The notes under the pieces: model-generated
What the model was told of the DNA's origin: nothing
Seen by the model: the letters and a program-made list of their open reading frames with translations, nothing else
The model's database searches: none
Position numbers and translations under genes: made by a program
Origin: Octopus bimaculoides
Lineage: Eukaryota
Assembly: GCF_001194135.2 (NCBI RefSeq)
Contig: NC_068991.1
Location: forward strand, 408,582-472,581
DNA length: 64,000 nucleotides
Direction: 5' to 3'
In this document: in pieces, positions 1 to 12,063 of the stretch
Position numbering within the stretch: the stretch's first letter is position 1
Layout of the letters: every line of letters starts with the position of its first letter

Positions 1-319
1 TCCAACCTCAGATTTATCATCGCATTGTCTCTCTACTACCTCTGTCAAATGAATCACCAAAATTGGCCTTTCATTATTTATAATCTGTACCTGTTTGTTT
101 GGTTACAAAATAAAATACACAAAACGTGTTTCTGAATTACGTGTATTTACTTTATATACATATGAGTTGAAAACTTTCTTCTAGCAATCCACTTAATATC
201 TATGTTCCATGCTGGCATGGATTGGAGAGTTATTAATGTAGAAATATGGTATCGTAGCTACTAACAGTTGAGGGTTGCGTAGTCTAGACGGCGTTTTTAG
301 ACTTCATTATTCTCTTTAA

Positions 320-347
320 CCCGGGCAACGCCGGGTGTTTCTGCTAG
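320..347 (+). mobile_element. Helitron-like 3' terminus
   Basis: GC-rich hairpin CCCGGGCAACGCCGGG followed 8 nt later by CTAG (then T). Confidence 0.55.
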
Positions 348-1639
348 TTGTCAATAAGATTTAGTTTATTAAGAAAATTTAATAAAAGGGGATAGTGGTG
401 GTGGTGGTGGTGGAGGAGGTGATGCTTTTAAGAATACACACTTTTAAGAATACAGCCCAGCATCTTTGCCAAACATTTTCTAGTATTTTATCTTTAAGAT
501 ACTTCAAAAATCATTTCTTTCTTTTCTTTTTGTTTGTTTGTTTTGCTTTTTGTTAGCTCTTCATCTGTTTCGAAATGTGATAGGATCCATGGGGTATGCG
601 AGGTACATGTAGTACACTGGGTATGTAGGGTAGATAGAGCAGGTAAGGTATGTAGAGCATGGTGGTGCTGGTGGAGGAAGGAAGGAAAGACTTAGAGAGA
701 AATCAGTAGAAGAGGAAGAAACTTGAGAGACACACAGACAGACTGAATGTGAATGAGATGAGAAATCATACATAATGGTTTATGGAGTGTCTGCGAGTAC
801 ATTGGAAAGTAGAGAAAGAGGGGGAGGAATTAGAGGAATTAGAGAAGCAGTTTATGTGTCTGTGCACATTTATATGTATATATATATATATATGTATGTA
901 GATGTGTGTGTGTGTGTGTATGACAGAAGTATACTCCATACATAAGCTGGAGTTAATAACAATAAAAGCAGATGGTGTAAATTCAGTCAAAATTACTGCT
1001 TTACAATTATTATTATTATTATTATTATCATCATCATAATTATGGTTATTATCGGCTGATGCCAACTTTGCCTTCCATTATTCAATAGAATAAAGCACCA
1101 GTTATGTACAGAAGTCGACATAATTCCTAGCCCCAAAATTACAGGCCTTGTGCTTAAGTTAGAAACAATATTAGTAGTAGTTGTAATGATAATAATAATA
1201 ATCATCATTATTATTATGATATATGTCTTTGTATGTGTGTGTGTGTGTGTGCGTGTGTGCGTATGCATGCGTGTATGTGTACAATTGCTGCTTCCTTCGT
1301 CACACTCTTTCCCATCTTGCGCCTCTTTTCTCCCTTCTCTTTTGGTCATAATGCCCTCAACATAACTGAGACAATGTGAAGGGAGTGAGGATGCTTTCTT
1401 GCCCGTGCAGGATACAAACAAACTCTCAAGTGTAGGTGTCACAATAAAATGCATTCAAGGTGTTCTGAGAAGTGGTTGGCGTTGGGAAGGATACCAGTTG
1501 TGCCAAAATAGAATATACAAATGAGATGCGACTCCTTGACGCCTCTCAGTGGGCAATAACAGCAAATATGACCTGACCCACATAGTGAGCACTCATCCAA
1601 CACGTGTCAGCAAAACAATAATAATGATGATATCTATAT

Positions 1640-1800
1640 ATATCATCATCATTATCATTTAACGTTCGCTTTCCATGTTGGCATGGGTTGGACAGTTTGA
1701 CGGAGGACTGGCAAACCAGGAAGCTGCACCAGGCTCCAGTCTGATCTGGCAATGTTTCTATGGCAGGATGCCCTTCCTAACGCCAACCACTCCGAGATTT
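1640..1800 (-). mobile_element. RTE-family 3' end copy
   Basis: Same CAT tail, CCATG..GCATGG and GGATGCCCTTCCTAACGCCAACCAC consensus as the other copies. Confidence 0.85.
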
Positions 1801-1849
1801 TTGTTGGCCATTGCCAGTGTCATGTAAATGGTACCTGTGAAATTGTAAT

Positions 1850-2080
1850 GGTGGCTGTTGCTGGTGTCATGTAAATGGCACCTGTGCCGGTGGCACGTAA
1901 AAAGCACCCATCACACTTTTGGAGTGGCTGGCATTATTAAGGGGCATCCAACCATAGAAACCAAGCCAAATCAGGCTGGAACCTGGTGCAGCTCTCTGGC
2001 TTACCAGTTCCAGTCATACTGTCTCTAACCCATGCCAGCATGGAAAGCAGATGCTAAATGACGATGCTGATGATGATGAT
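1850..2080 (+). mobile_element. RTE-family 3' end copy, opposite orientation to 1640-1800
   Basis: GGCACGTAAAAAGCACCC...GGGCATCC...CCCATGCCAGCATGGAAAG...GATGATGAT. Confidence 0.8.
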
Positions 2081-2579
2081 GAGATATATATATATAAGAA
2101 AAGAGATGACAAAGAAACAGATGATTGCACTTGCTGTTGGAGTAAGGTGTTACTCAGTCACTCAACTCTGTGAGTTCACCACATCCCGTCGTGGAAAGAG
2201 CTCTAAGCTGATGAACTTCCATAAAATAATTGGTTGATTCCTTTGTCATCTCGTTTCTTATGACCATTCTGTACTTCACTATTGCTTTCTTCAGAAACAT
2301 ACAAATATTGAGTTCTACCTCTTGTTATTACTATCACAATGCAGTGAAATATTAAAACATATAGATAGATAGATAGATATTTTTTTCTTTCTGTTTCCAT
2401 CCATCAAATTCGCTGACAAAGCTTTGGTCAGGCTAGGGGTTTGATAGAAGACATTTACTCAGGGCATAGTCCAATAGGACTGAACCGGGAACCACCTAGC
2501 CACGCGCACACACACACACACACACACATCTTTTACCGAAGCCAAAGCATGCAATTCACTGCATATTTAATGTTAAGAG

Positions 2580-2720
2580 TGAGAGAGAATGTCTGTTTAC
2601 TTGGCCTTGAAATCCCGTCCTTTTTCAACCAAGACAATTCCAGTGACAGTTTCTGGGAGTTTGTTCCAAATTCTGATAACTGAATGCAGAACGCTCCTAA
2701 CCAAGGTATGCACTTTGTAG
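2580..2720 (-). mobile_element. LINE (CR1/Jockey-group) ORF2 C-terminal remnant
   Basis: Minus strand reads RSVLHSVIRIWNKLPETVTG, the typical 'R..WN.LP..V' LINE C-terminal motif. Confidence 0.5.
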
Positions 2721-4472
2721 TGCACTGTGGCTGCAACTTATCTCCTGTATTAAAAGTGTGTGTGTTTTTTCCCCAGCAAACTTCTAGAATCATAAGAGCT
2801 TTCTTTCAAACTGTAATGAGGTGACTGTGTATACCTTATAAGTCCAACATAGACAAGCATACTGTGATTATTTGCTTGGGAAATGCTAATTACTTCCTCC
2901 TCCTGCAACTTGCCTACAATTTCACACAAAGTACCCCAAGCAGTTCTGTTACATAGAGTGGTGACATATTCTACCTAAACCAGTTTGCTGCTTCGGTTAC
3001 ACCCAACATCTCAAATTGCTGTTTCATAGACAGCCTGCAATTCCCAAATGCAACACAAAGTTTGATGAGATTCTTTTCCAATGCTAGAACCAATTCTGCT
3101 CTCTAGTGATTACAGCAGTTGAGTGGTGCTACAGATAGAGGGATGAGCAGGGCCCAGCAATGCAAAAGGCTTTTAGGGCCTCGTTTTTGCTATGATGGAA
3201 GGGTTTCATCTTGGTCCTTTGTCATCTCCTCTGTGAGGCTCAACATCTTAGGGTTAGCTTTTATTACTTCAACCCATGTCTTCCTGAGTCTCTCTCTCTT
3301 CTACAAGTTCCATCCACTTGAAACAACTGTCACTTCATCATATGGCTGTCAAATGAGTGACAAGAGCCTTCCCTCCCTCCCTCCTTCCCTCTCTCTCACA
3401 CCACATCTGACTCACCTAGGCTTAATTTTTCTCTTAATGATTCAACACTTTATCAAATATGTATTCTGACACTGCTTATGAGTAAATTCATGTGTGTGGT
3501 TGTGTGTAAGTATATGTATGTGTGTGGTTGTGTCTCCTTGTCTTGACATTACATGATTGTTGTAAATGAATGTGCTTCATTTCCAAAATACTACAAAAAC
3601 ATGTCTGGCCACAGGAAGATATAACCTTGCCTGGAAACCAGTAAAGGTTGGCAACAAGAAGGACATCAGGCTATAGAAATCCTTTCTCAGTAAACTGTGC
3701 AACTCATGCAAGCATGAAAAAAAAGGACATTGAAATGATGACGACGACGACATGCCAAATACAGGCATTCACATCTACACCAGGATAAATGTGTTTGTGT
3801 GTAAGTATGTATGTGTGTGACTGAATATATTAACGTTTTATTAAACAATATTAAACAAACCACACACCCACCCATACACAGTATATTGCTTTCACTTCAT
3901 TCAACATCAGTTCAGCTCAATTACACATCAAGTCATTGAGTAAATCACAAATCCTCAACCCCTTCATTTGGAAGAGATTCATTTCACTAAACTTTGCCCA
4001 GAAAATACCAGAAAATGCCACAAAATTCTAGAAAAATCAAGAAACAATTTTACAAAATTGCTGCACATAATTACAATAATTAATTATCCTCTCTGCTGAA
4101 ATAGGATGTGATTATAATCCTTAAATTCCATGACAGAGACTTAACTTATTAGAGATGTGGACTCAGTATTAGACTCTGCAAAGGCCTCTTAGTTCTTCTG
4201 TGTTAGCCAAGTTCACATAATATAATGTGAACCTGAAGCACTAAATGGAATGCACCTGATGCTGACCACAGTATTTCAGACTTTTCTAATGCAGCACTTG
4301 GTAAGCATTTAGGATTGTTAGGCCGTAATTTTAACTTAGTTGTTAAGAGAGGGCGAGGGTTTTAAATATAGAAGGCAACAAAGTGAGAAGCCATTACGTG
4401 ATCACTCAAACAGCTAGAAACAGTTGACAAATTTCTCTCAAATCATAACCTACAGTTATATATAGAAGAGAA

Positions 4473-4547
<75 letters not shown>

Positions 4548-5035
4548 ATGACCGTTGACTGTCCAGGTCTTTACTTGTCACTGCTCGAGTGAAACGATGA
4601 CAGGATATTTACTTTCCTACTTGATATTATGACCCTTTGCTCTACACTTTCAAATATCAATGGGATAAAGAAATCCCTTACTTGAAAAACAGGTAAGGGT
4701 GGATCACAAGAAGGTTTCCCAGCTCCTAAATGCTGCCCTACCCGCAAAGTTACCATTTGACCCATGCTAACATGGAGGAAACATGAATGTAAATGACTGA
4801 ATAAATAATAAACTGTTGCCACCTGGTAGAGTCACAGAGTTTTGCATGGTGCAAGCTTTCAGAGTGCAACAGACACAGTAAACCGGTTCATTCCAGTTAG
4901 TGCTTGGGGTACTACAGTATTAATTGCACTTGGCAAACAGAGAGGAACTAAGAGGCTTTAGTAAAACCTCTGACAGTCCATATTTAATACTTTTAGTGGA
5001 ATTTAGGGATTATAACCATATTCCATTTCAGCGGA

Positions 5036-5066
<31 letters not shown>

Positions 5067-5303
5067 GGGGAGAGAGAAAGGGAGAGAGAGAGAGAGAGAG
5101 GGAGAGAGNNNNNNNNNNAGAGGGAGAGAGAGGGAGAGAGAGGGAGAGGGAGAGGGAGAGAGAGAGAGAGAGAGAGAGAGAAATTATTGTAATAAAATAT
5201 ATAATAAAATATATGTTAAGATTATAATTTTATCTCTTGCTAATTTTGTGGTACTGCACTCATAAATTTAATTAAAAGTATCATTTGTATATAAAAGCGA
5301 GCG

Positions 5304-5334
<31 letters not shown>

Positions 5335-6129
5335 ATAGATAGATAGATAGATAGACAGACAGGCTGGTGAGTAGATAGGTAGACAGACAAATATATAGAT
5401 AAGTATACATAAATATATGCACATGTACGCACACATACACACACAGGAACACAACACCAAATATATATGTATGTGTGCATGTGTTTACATAATTGTTTTG
5501 CTAATCCAATAACAACAGTTAGAAATAGCAGCTAAAATTTCATCATCTCACACTATAATTCTCAATAAAGAAGAGACATATATATAACAGTCTTCAATAT
5601 ACACTATTTCTGAATAAAAAGATGTGTTAGTTATGAATGGAACTTCTGGTTGTGCCTCATGTTGTGAACATCATTGTCAGCATTATTCCAGGATCAATAA
5701 AATAGGTAACAGTAATGCATCTGGATCCAAATCAGCTACTCTCTCTCTCTCTCTCTCTCTCAAATGTCAAAGCGAGACCAAGTGTGGATCTAATCCCTGG
5801 TGTTGTGGCATCAAACCTATTTAAAAACCATACACTGTTATATCTATTTGCCTTTCGTCTCTTTGGGGCCCAGTAAAGTACCAGTCACATACTGGGCTCA
5901 ATGTCATCAACAACCTGCCTCTCTCTAAAAGATTGTTTATCTCCGTTTCAAAATTTAAAAGAATTATTATTATTGTCATTATTATTCTCAGTGCTGTTGT
6001 TAGAACATTGTGCAAAACAGAACCCACCCCAGCCTCTCATTCTACCACAAACATTTCATGCACAACCACAAAGTAGAGTATCACTTCTTAAATATTATCT
6101 AAAGACACCCGCACCTCCACAGATTGTGA

Positions 6130-6132
<3 letters not shown>

Positions 6133-6209
<77 letters not shown>

Positions 6210-6223
6210 NNNNNNNNNNAGAG

Positions 6224-6274
<51 letters not shown>

Positions 6275-6288
6275 AAGAAAGAGAGAGT
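6133..6288. repeat. (GA)n microsatellite with an internal N-gap
   Basis: Directly visible. Representative of dozens of (CA)n, (TA)n, (GA)n, (GATA)n, (ATC)n and (ATT)n tracts across the window. Confidence 0.95.
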
Positions 6289-8332
6289 AGGTGAGAGGTG
6301 ATACAGCTGTACATGTAATTTTATTTTTTCAAGATGTTTCATTCTGCTATTATTTCTGTGAGCACTGTGACGTGAATTCTGAAAGATTGTCTCATATTTT
6401 GTGTGAGATGAAGTACATGTTGACATGAAGCACAGTTTTATTACTGCTGTACATTAAACTACTCGAAACAATTTCCAGTCTTCCTAATGTAATTGATTCC
6501 AGGTTTCCGTTGTCATCTAAGGCATTGTGCATATACACACATGCATGCACACATACATACATACATACACACATACATATATACAACTCTCTCTCTCTTT
6601 TTATGCATCTGAGTGTGTGTATACATACACACATTTACATGCAATATATATACACACACAAACATCATCATTTAACGTTATATACACAAATATACTAACA
6701 AATATCTATGTATACACACATACATAATACATATATATATATATATATGTGTTCATTTATTATACATCTCAATGGATCAAGAAGACCATAACTGAAGGAG
6801 TACTTTTTGTTGTAGTGACTGGGTTAATGGTGCGTGAACAAAAACTTACCACCGACCAGTAGATCTTTTTCTTTTACAACCAGATAATATTACACAATGC
6901 ATTCAGGATATTAGAGCATTGGTACCAACATTTGGGATATTTGACTAATCTACAGAGGAAATCTGGTGCATTTGGTATTAAAACCCATGAGATGCTGACA
7001 TCAGCTGGAAGCTTCTACTGAAGCAATGATACGGAGAGGTAGTATCATGGAAGAAAACAAGAGGGAAGAGGTTTAAAGTAAGTGCAAACAGCCTTTGCAT
7101 GTTGTATGGTAACACTCAACATCTATGAAACCACAACATCAACAAAGAAAACAAATGCACGCAGCAGGATTTCAAAAATGGCAGCAACAACATTTTAAAG
7201 TTTGGTAGTAAACATCTGAAGTAGTCAGCCCTCGGTGATTGCGACTTTGTAATTGCTGGACTAACTGACCACGGAGGAACTACACTTTGTCATTATGAAA
7301 GATATGTAAAAGTAACTCTCTTGTGAACAAACAGCAAGAGCAAGTTCAACCTGTCTGGAACTTATAACCAGTGCAGCATTTTAAAGGTTATACTTGTACA
7401 ATTTAGCTGCAAGCAACAGACGCAGAATACTTGTTGAACAAACGAAGCAGTAAAGTGTTTACTTAAAGCTCAGGATGCGATAAACAATGTTGATTCTGTC
7501 ACATGTAATCAGTAGTTACCCCAAAATGTCATTAAGGTACTATTTTTTAATGGTGTCTGCAGGAAAGACTGCCCTGGAACAAACATAGAAAATAATGCTC
7601 TTGTTGAGTATAAACATATGTTTAAAAAGGGGGAATACTAATGGGACCATTTTTAATGAAATGTCTGCAAAGACAGATGTTAAAAACAGCAAGCAAAACT
7701 TCTGTAGTGTTGAGCAGATCAACTGCACACATGTGGACATATATTTAGGGTTGTTTTGAAGTCTACAGTTTTCCTGTCAGATTATAAATTTATTTATGTT
7801 TACAATCATTTGGCAATTTATAACATTACTAAACGTTTATTCTCTGGAAACTCTAATGTTTCCAGCCAAAGTCACCAACTAACACATCATCATCATCATC
7901 TTTATCATTTAAATTCCATATTCCATGCTGGCATGGATTGAACAGTCTAACAGGATCCAACAAACCAGACAACTGTGACGAGTTCTAATGACTTACTTTG
8001 ATAAGCTTTCTATGGCTGCAATGTCCTCCTCCTAGCGCCAACAACTTTACAGGAGTGAACTGAGTGCTTTGTACTTTGCAAATTCAAATTGCAAGAGGAA
8101 CAGAGTTTAGTGTTGAGTCTGATCTTTGCTGCCATTACTGTGCAGCAATGGAGCTTTGAGTCTATTAGAAACCAGCTTCTTATTAACAAAAACCCTAATA
8201 ATGTTTATACACGTGTGTATCTGTATGCACACAGAGAGTTACATACAGCCAGAAACGCATACACAATATACATATAAACATACAAATATTCTTACAATAT
8301 TCATCATCTTTTTCAGTCTGTTTTTCATTTAT

Positions 8333-8376
<44 letters not shown>

Positions 8377-9113
8377 NNNNNNNNNNNNNNNNNNNNNNNN
8401 NNNNNNNNNNNNNNNNNNNNNNNNNNNNNNNNNNNNNNNNNNNNNNNNNNNNNNNNNNNNNNNNNNNNNNNNNNNNNNNNNNNNNNNNNNNNNNNNNNNN
8501 NNNNNNNNNNNNNNNNNNNNNNNNNNNNNNNNNNNNNNNNNNNNNNNNNNNNNNNNNNNNNNNNNNNNNNNNNNNNNNNNNNNNNNNNNNNNNNNNNNNN
8601 NNNNNNNNNNNNNNNNNNNNNNNNNNNNNNNNNNNNNNNNNNNNNNNNNNNNNNNNNNNNNNNNNNNNNNNNNNNNNNNNNNNNNNNNNNNNNNNNNNNN
8701 NNNNNNNNNNNNNNNNNNNNNNNNNNNNNNNNNNNNNNNNNNNNNNNNNNNNNNNNNNNNNNNNNNNNNNNNNNNNNNNNNNNNNNNNNNNNNNNNNNNN
8801 NNNNNNNNNNNNNNNNNNNNNNNNNNNNNNNNNNNNNNNNNNNNNNNNNNNNNNNNNNNNNNNNNNNNNNNNNNNNNNNNNNNNNNNNNNNNNNNGGAAC
8901 ATATAGAGGGCTAGGATGGCTACTGACCTACTACTTTGATGAAAGGATTCTTGCTAGAGTAAAATCATTCATAAAGTTTACATTTTTTCCAGTGTATATG
9001 AGTGAGTGTGCACAATTATGTAAACATTCATAGCAAAGTGTGTGTATATCATCAACTGAACAGAAATTTAAAATATAGAGATGTAAGTATTAGTGCATTT
9101 TAAAAAACATATA

Positions 9114-9171
<58 letters not shown>

Positions 9172-9614
9172 CAAAATGAAGCATTCAGCACATGTGAGGA
9201 GACCACAACTCATGGAGGGGACGACAATGGACCCTAACACAAATGTAGTGATTAATACATGCATATATATGTGTGAATGTATATACTTGTGGGGGTGTGT
9301 GTATATACACACACGCACCTTATAACCCACAACTGTACATCCCTCTGCCAAGACTCCCATCTCTCTCAGATTACCTTGGTTACCACCCAACTCCTTATTT
9401 AATCTTTATCTCAATACCTGCCCTTACACCTCTAGGATGCTTATCCCTTACAAGGTTGGGTTGCTTTATATAGAAATTAGAAATATTGTAAATACTTGAT
9501 GATGAAGAATGGACTCTAGTAGAGTTTTTCTTTAATTTTGATTAAAATAATCGTATTTAATCAGACTAGTCCAGGGTGAAAGTGGATATACTTGTGAACT
9601 ATTTACACAGACAC

Positions 9615-9683
<69 letters not shown>

Positions 9684-12028
9684 TCACCATCATTTGATGT
9701 CTGTTTTCCATGTTGGCAGGATCCACTGAGCCACAAAGCTGGATGCCCTGCCTAAAGCCAACCACTTTACAGTGTGTAGTAGGTACTTTTTCATACCAGC
9801 AGCACTGGAGTCAGGTTGTCAAGTAACTTACCAAACAAGAAAAGGGAAGAGGAAAAAAGCAGGAAAAAAGGGAAAGGTCCTCTCTCAACTAAGCGGTGTT
9901 GTTGATGGTGGTGATGGTGGTGGTGGGTAGTTGAAATGGTGGGAAGGTGATTTTTATGCCAGGGACAAGCAGAGGTATGTTGCTACTGAGAAGATACATG
10001 GCAACCCCACATTTATATAAGGGTGGATGGGAGAATCTGAGAAAAAAGGTAAGATAATAGTGAGTGGTGGGTTGCTGCCTTCAAGGAGTAAAAGATGAAA
10101 GGGGCAGTGGATCAGGAGGTGGGGGTGGTTATAGGAGTGTGAGGGGAGGGTACCAGATGGTTAGGGGTGAAATATAATGAGTGAAGAACAGGAGTGCAAC
10201 TTGATGGGAAATATCAGTATGGGTGGGTGGTGGAAAATGGTAAGAGAGACAAGTGTGACTCAGGGATGATAGGTCAGGGCACGATGAGCATGGCATAGGA
10301 GCAACGGGGAAGGAGAAAATACATTCACACACACAGTGAATAGAAATTCTATAAGGGTTTCTCAACGTAGACAGTGGACTCACAGGACTTGTAGCAGGAA
10401 CACAGGTAGGCTAAAAGAAAAGGTAGATTCCCTAAGCTCTTGGAGCAGCAAGCACTGAGAGTGTTCCTGAAATAGAATCTCTGAAATGCCTGAACAGCTC
10501 CAACCATTATACTGTGTATATTGAGCGTTTCTCATGGTGCCAACCACTCTTGTAAGATCACCATGCAGCTTGCAAGATGAGAAACCTTGAAAGGAGATGA
10601 GGAGTTGAATGAAAGGACCAGGGCAGGAGAGATTTCTTGCTGTAGGTGCGTTACATTTTAGAAGATAGGGTGCAAGGGATCAGGGTGGAGGTGACAGGGT
10701 AACTGGGTGGATCTTCAACGTATGAGGAGAGTAGAAGTGAGAGGGGAAAGATGAAGTGTGGATGGGTGGAAGAGGCATGCATTCATATACACAAATACAT
10801 ATACACACATGCATATGTATATACATACACACACTCATACATATATACTTGTGCATCTATATACTCATACATATACATATATAAATACATAGACTCATAC
10901 ACATAGATATATGTGCATACACATATGCACATACATGTACACTCACGCATAAACATATACACACACGCATTCACACACATACATACACATTCATACATAT
11001 ACCCACATGTGCACATACATGCACATGCATACATATACACATACATGCACGCATACATACATACATACATGCATTTTTATAAACAAAGACAGGTCTATCA
11101 AATACCATACAACATAAATGCTTCATTTATTAAAATTTATCTGCATTTCTCGAGGATGTATTACCATTGTGAAATGATAAATAAAACCAGCTCCATGTGA
11201 GCAAGGGAGATAATCTCAAGACTGAAGAATTCTGCTAAGCTGACAGGAGAGTAATTCTGACGTGTCCTCGAGATGTGGAGAGAATTTTAATAAACCAAGA
11301 ATTCATGTTGAATACTATTTGATTTGCCCATCAAGTACATGTCACTGGCCAATCTGAAGCATTTCTCTTGGTTCACTTTTCTTTGGATTATATAGACATA
11401 CATATATACACAAACACGCACATACAGCATCGACGTACAGCAGCTAACACATTTACTCATCCTTGTATTGTTTGTCAGAATGTCCTGTAACCAACTGGCA
11501 CAGATTTTCTCATATGTAAACAAATATTTTGCCAACTGTTATATATGAATATGTAAACATGCTGCTGTATTAACAAGCCTACTACACATATCTGTTACCC
11601 TGTCGGGGTATTCTAGTTAACAAAATTCTCTGAAGATAATCATATTTTCATTTTTCTGAAAATAGCTCAGCAGGATTTGAGACAAAACAAATTGATGGAG
11701 AAGCAGGACACACAACCATTGGGTCACTTCATAGTGGTTCCTACATGAACACAATGGTTCACTTAGCATTCTCATAATAACAGACAAGTCATTACCGATA
11801 TATTTTGGAGATGGAGCATTAAATAGCCAAACTAGAAATGTATGTAATGACACAAAATAGACAGACAGAAGGATCGGTAAATAGGAAATTTAATGTAAAC
11901 ATTTTTAATACATGGCATATTAAACATCTAACTAGGAATAAATATCTGGCAAGACAGGTAGATAAATGCTAAATTAGATACATAGATTCATACACACATC
12001 TATAGTTATAGCTTTATCTGTCTATCTT

Positions 12029-12063
<35 letters not shown>

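Noticed and set aside
766-1454. His-Thr, Val-Cys, Ile-Tyr, Arg-Glu, poly-Ile and poly-Asn ORFs here and throughout the window
   Set aside because: They are translations of (CA)n, (TA)n, (GA)n and (ATT)n microsatellites.
2637-2710. Apparent + exon TIPVTVSGSLFQILITECRTLLTK with a CAAG|GTATGC donor
   Set aside because: It is the antisense of a LINE C-terminal motif (IRIWNKLPETV).
8126-9033. Long track ORFs spanning 8377-8895, and likewise 16779-17145, 41620-42744 and 47308-47588
   Set aside because: They are open only because N-runs translate to X.
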